Both the position numbers and the translations under genes were made by a program. A stretch of 64,000 nt of DNA from Octopus vulgaris (lineage: Eukaryota), in NCBI GenBank assembly GCA_951406725.2, contig OX597830.1, positions 48,732,001-48,796,000 of the forward strand, in the 5' to 3' direction. Numbering within the stretch: the stretch's first letter is position 1; every line of letters starts with the position of its first letter. Under the pieces are notes generated by a model, which had not been told where the DNA came from, made no database searches, and saw only the letters and a list, made by a program, of their open reading frames with translations. Positions 63,401 through 64,000 of the stretch are shown here, piece after piece.

Positions 63401-63850
63401 ATGACAGACTTCTCTCAGTTTCTGTCTACCAAATCCACACACAAGGATTTGGTTCAACTGAGGCTATAGTAGAAGACACTTGCCCAAGGTGCCACACAGT
63501 GGGACTGAAACACACACACATACATATATATATATGACAGGCTTCTCTCAGTTTCCGTCTACCAAATCCACTAACAATGCTCTGGTCGACCTGAGGCTAT
63601 AGTAGAAGACAATTGCCCAAGGTGCCGTACAGTAGGACTGAATCCAGAACCATGTGGTTGGAAAGCAGACTTCTTACCACACAGCCACATTCCTCAGTTT
63701 TAAACCTAGAATTCGTAGTCTGGATACGTTTCCTTTTTTTCAAAACGGATACTTGTGTAAACTTTTGGGGATTTGGTTATGAAAATACCACACTTCGACC
63801 TCAAACAACTGAACTAATCTGATGAGAGACTTTTGTTATTCCTTTTACAG

Positions 63851-63977
63851 CTGATTTCTCTGACCATGGATGGACTGACCGGAGCAATCCAAGATAAAAT
63901 GAGGGCAAAGGCACCAACCAATGCACATAACATGATGTTTTTTATGAATGCTTTCTCAGTTCTTTGGCTCCTATTTG
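63851..63977 (+). CDS. SLC35B1: SLC35B1 coding exon 5 (LISLTMDGLTGAIQDKMRAKAPTNAHNMMFFMNAFSVLWLLF)
   Basis: Acceptor ccttttacag|, donor G|gtgagt; DGLTG..QD.MR motif; 127 nt. Confidence 0.93.
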
Positions 63978-64000
63978 GTGAGTTATTTCATTTTGGAGAG

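Larger units (their letters stand above)
54914..63977 (+). other. SLC35B1: Gene span (visible part) of solute carrier family 35 member B1 (ER ATP/ADP exchanger / UDP-Gal transporter-related); 5 coding exons, continues beyond window
   Basis: Spliced product contains [70 protein letters not shown] and DGLTGAIQDKMR, collinear with SLC35B1/HUT1 proteins; GT-AG introns in phase. Confidence 0.93.

Noticed and set aside
63770-63830. Intronic C/D-box snoRNA near SLC35B1 exon 5
   Set aside because: TGATGA and CTGA are in the wrong order with no terminal stem; the region fits a branch point (ACTAAT) better.

Overview
Repeat-rich, AT-rich animal genomic DNA. The repeat families and microsatellite load resemble a coleoid cephalopod (Octopus-like), but that is an inference from recalled repeats. 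Two intron-containing genes lie head-to-head about 16.8 kb apart. On the minus strand is a CDK2/3-type PSTAIRE kinase with six coding exons (38150 to 10234); its 3' exons were not found and probably lie left of the window. On the plus strand is SLC35B1 with five coding exons (54914 to 63977), continuing beyond the window. Both promoters carry recognisable motifs (E2F for CDK2; ETS and ACGT-core for SLC35B1). The rest is interspersed repeats: several tRNA-type SINE families, RTE/CR1 LINE remnants, decayed Penelope-like elements, a full-length but dead Tc1 transposon, mariner fragments, hAT-, piggyBac- and Merlin-like MITEs with target-site duplications, Helitron pieces and long microsatellites. 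Most listed ORFs are repeat artefacts. The most notable observation is a set of minimal hammerhead-ribozyme motifs (one nearly intact at 23153-23239) and fold-back hairpins whose breakpoints fall at such motifs. Also notable are CRISPR-looking hairpin arrays in an RTE-linked repeat and modular SINE head/tail shuffling.
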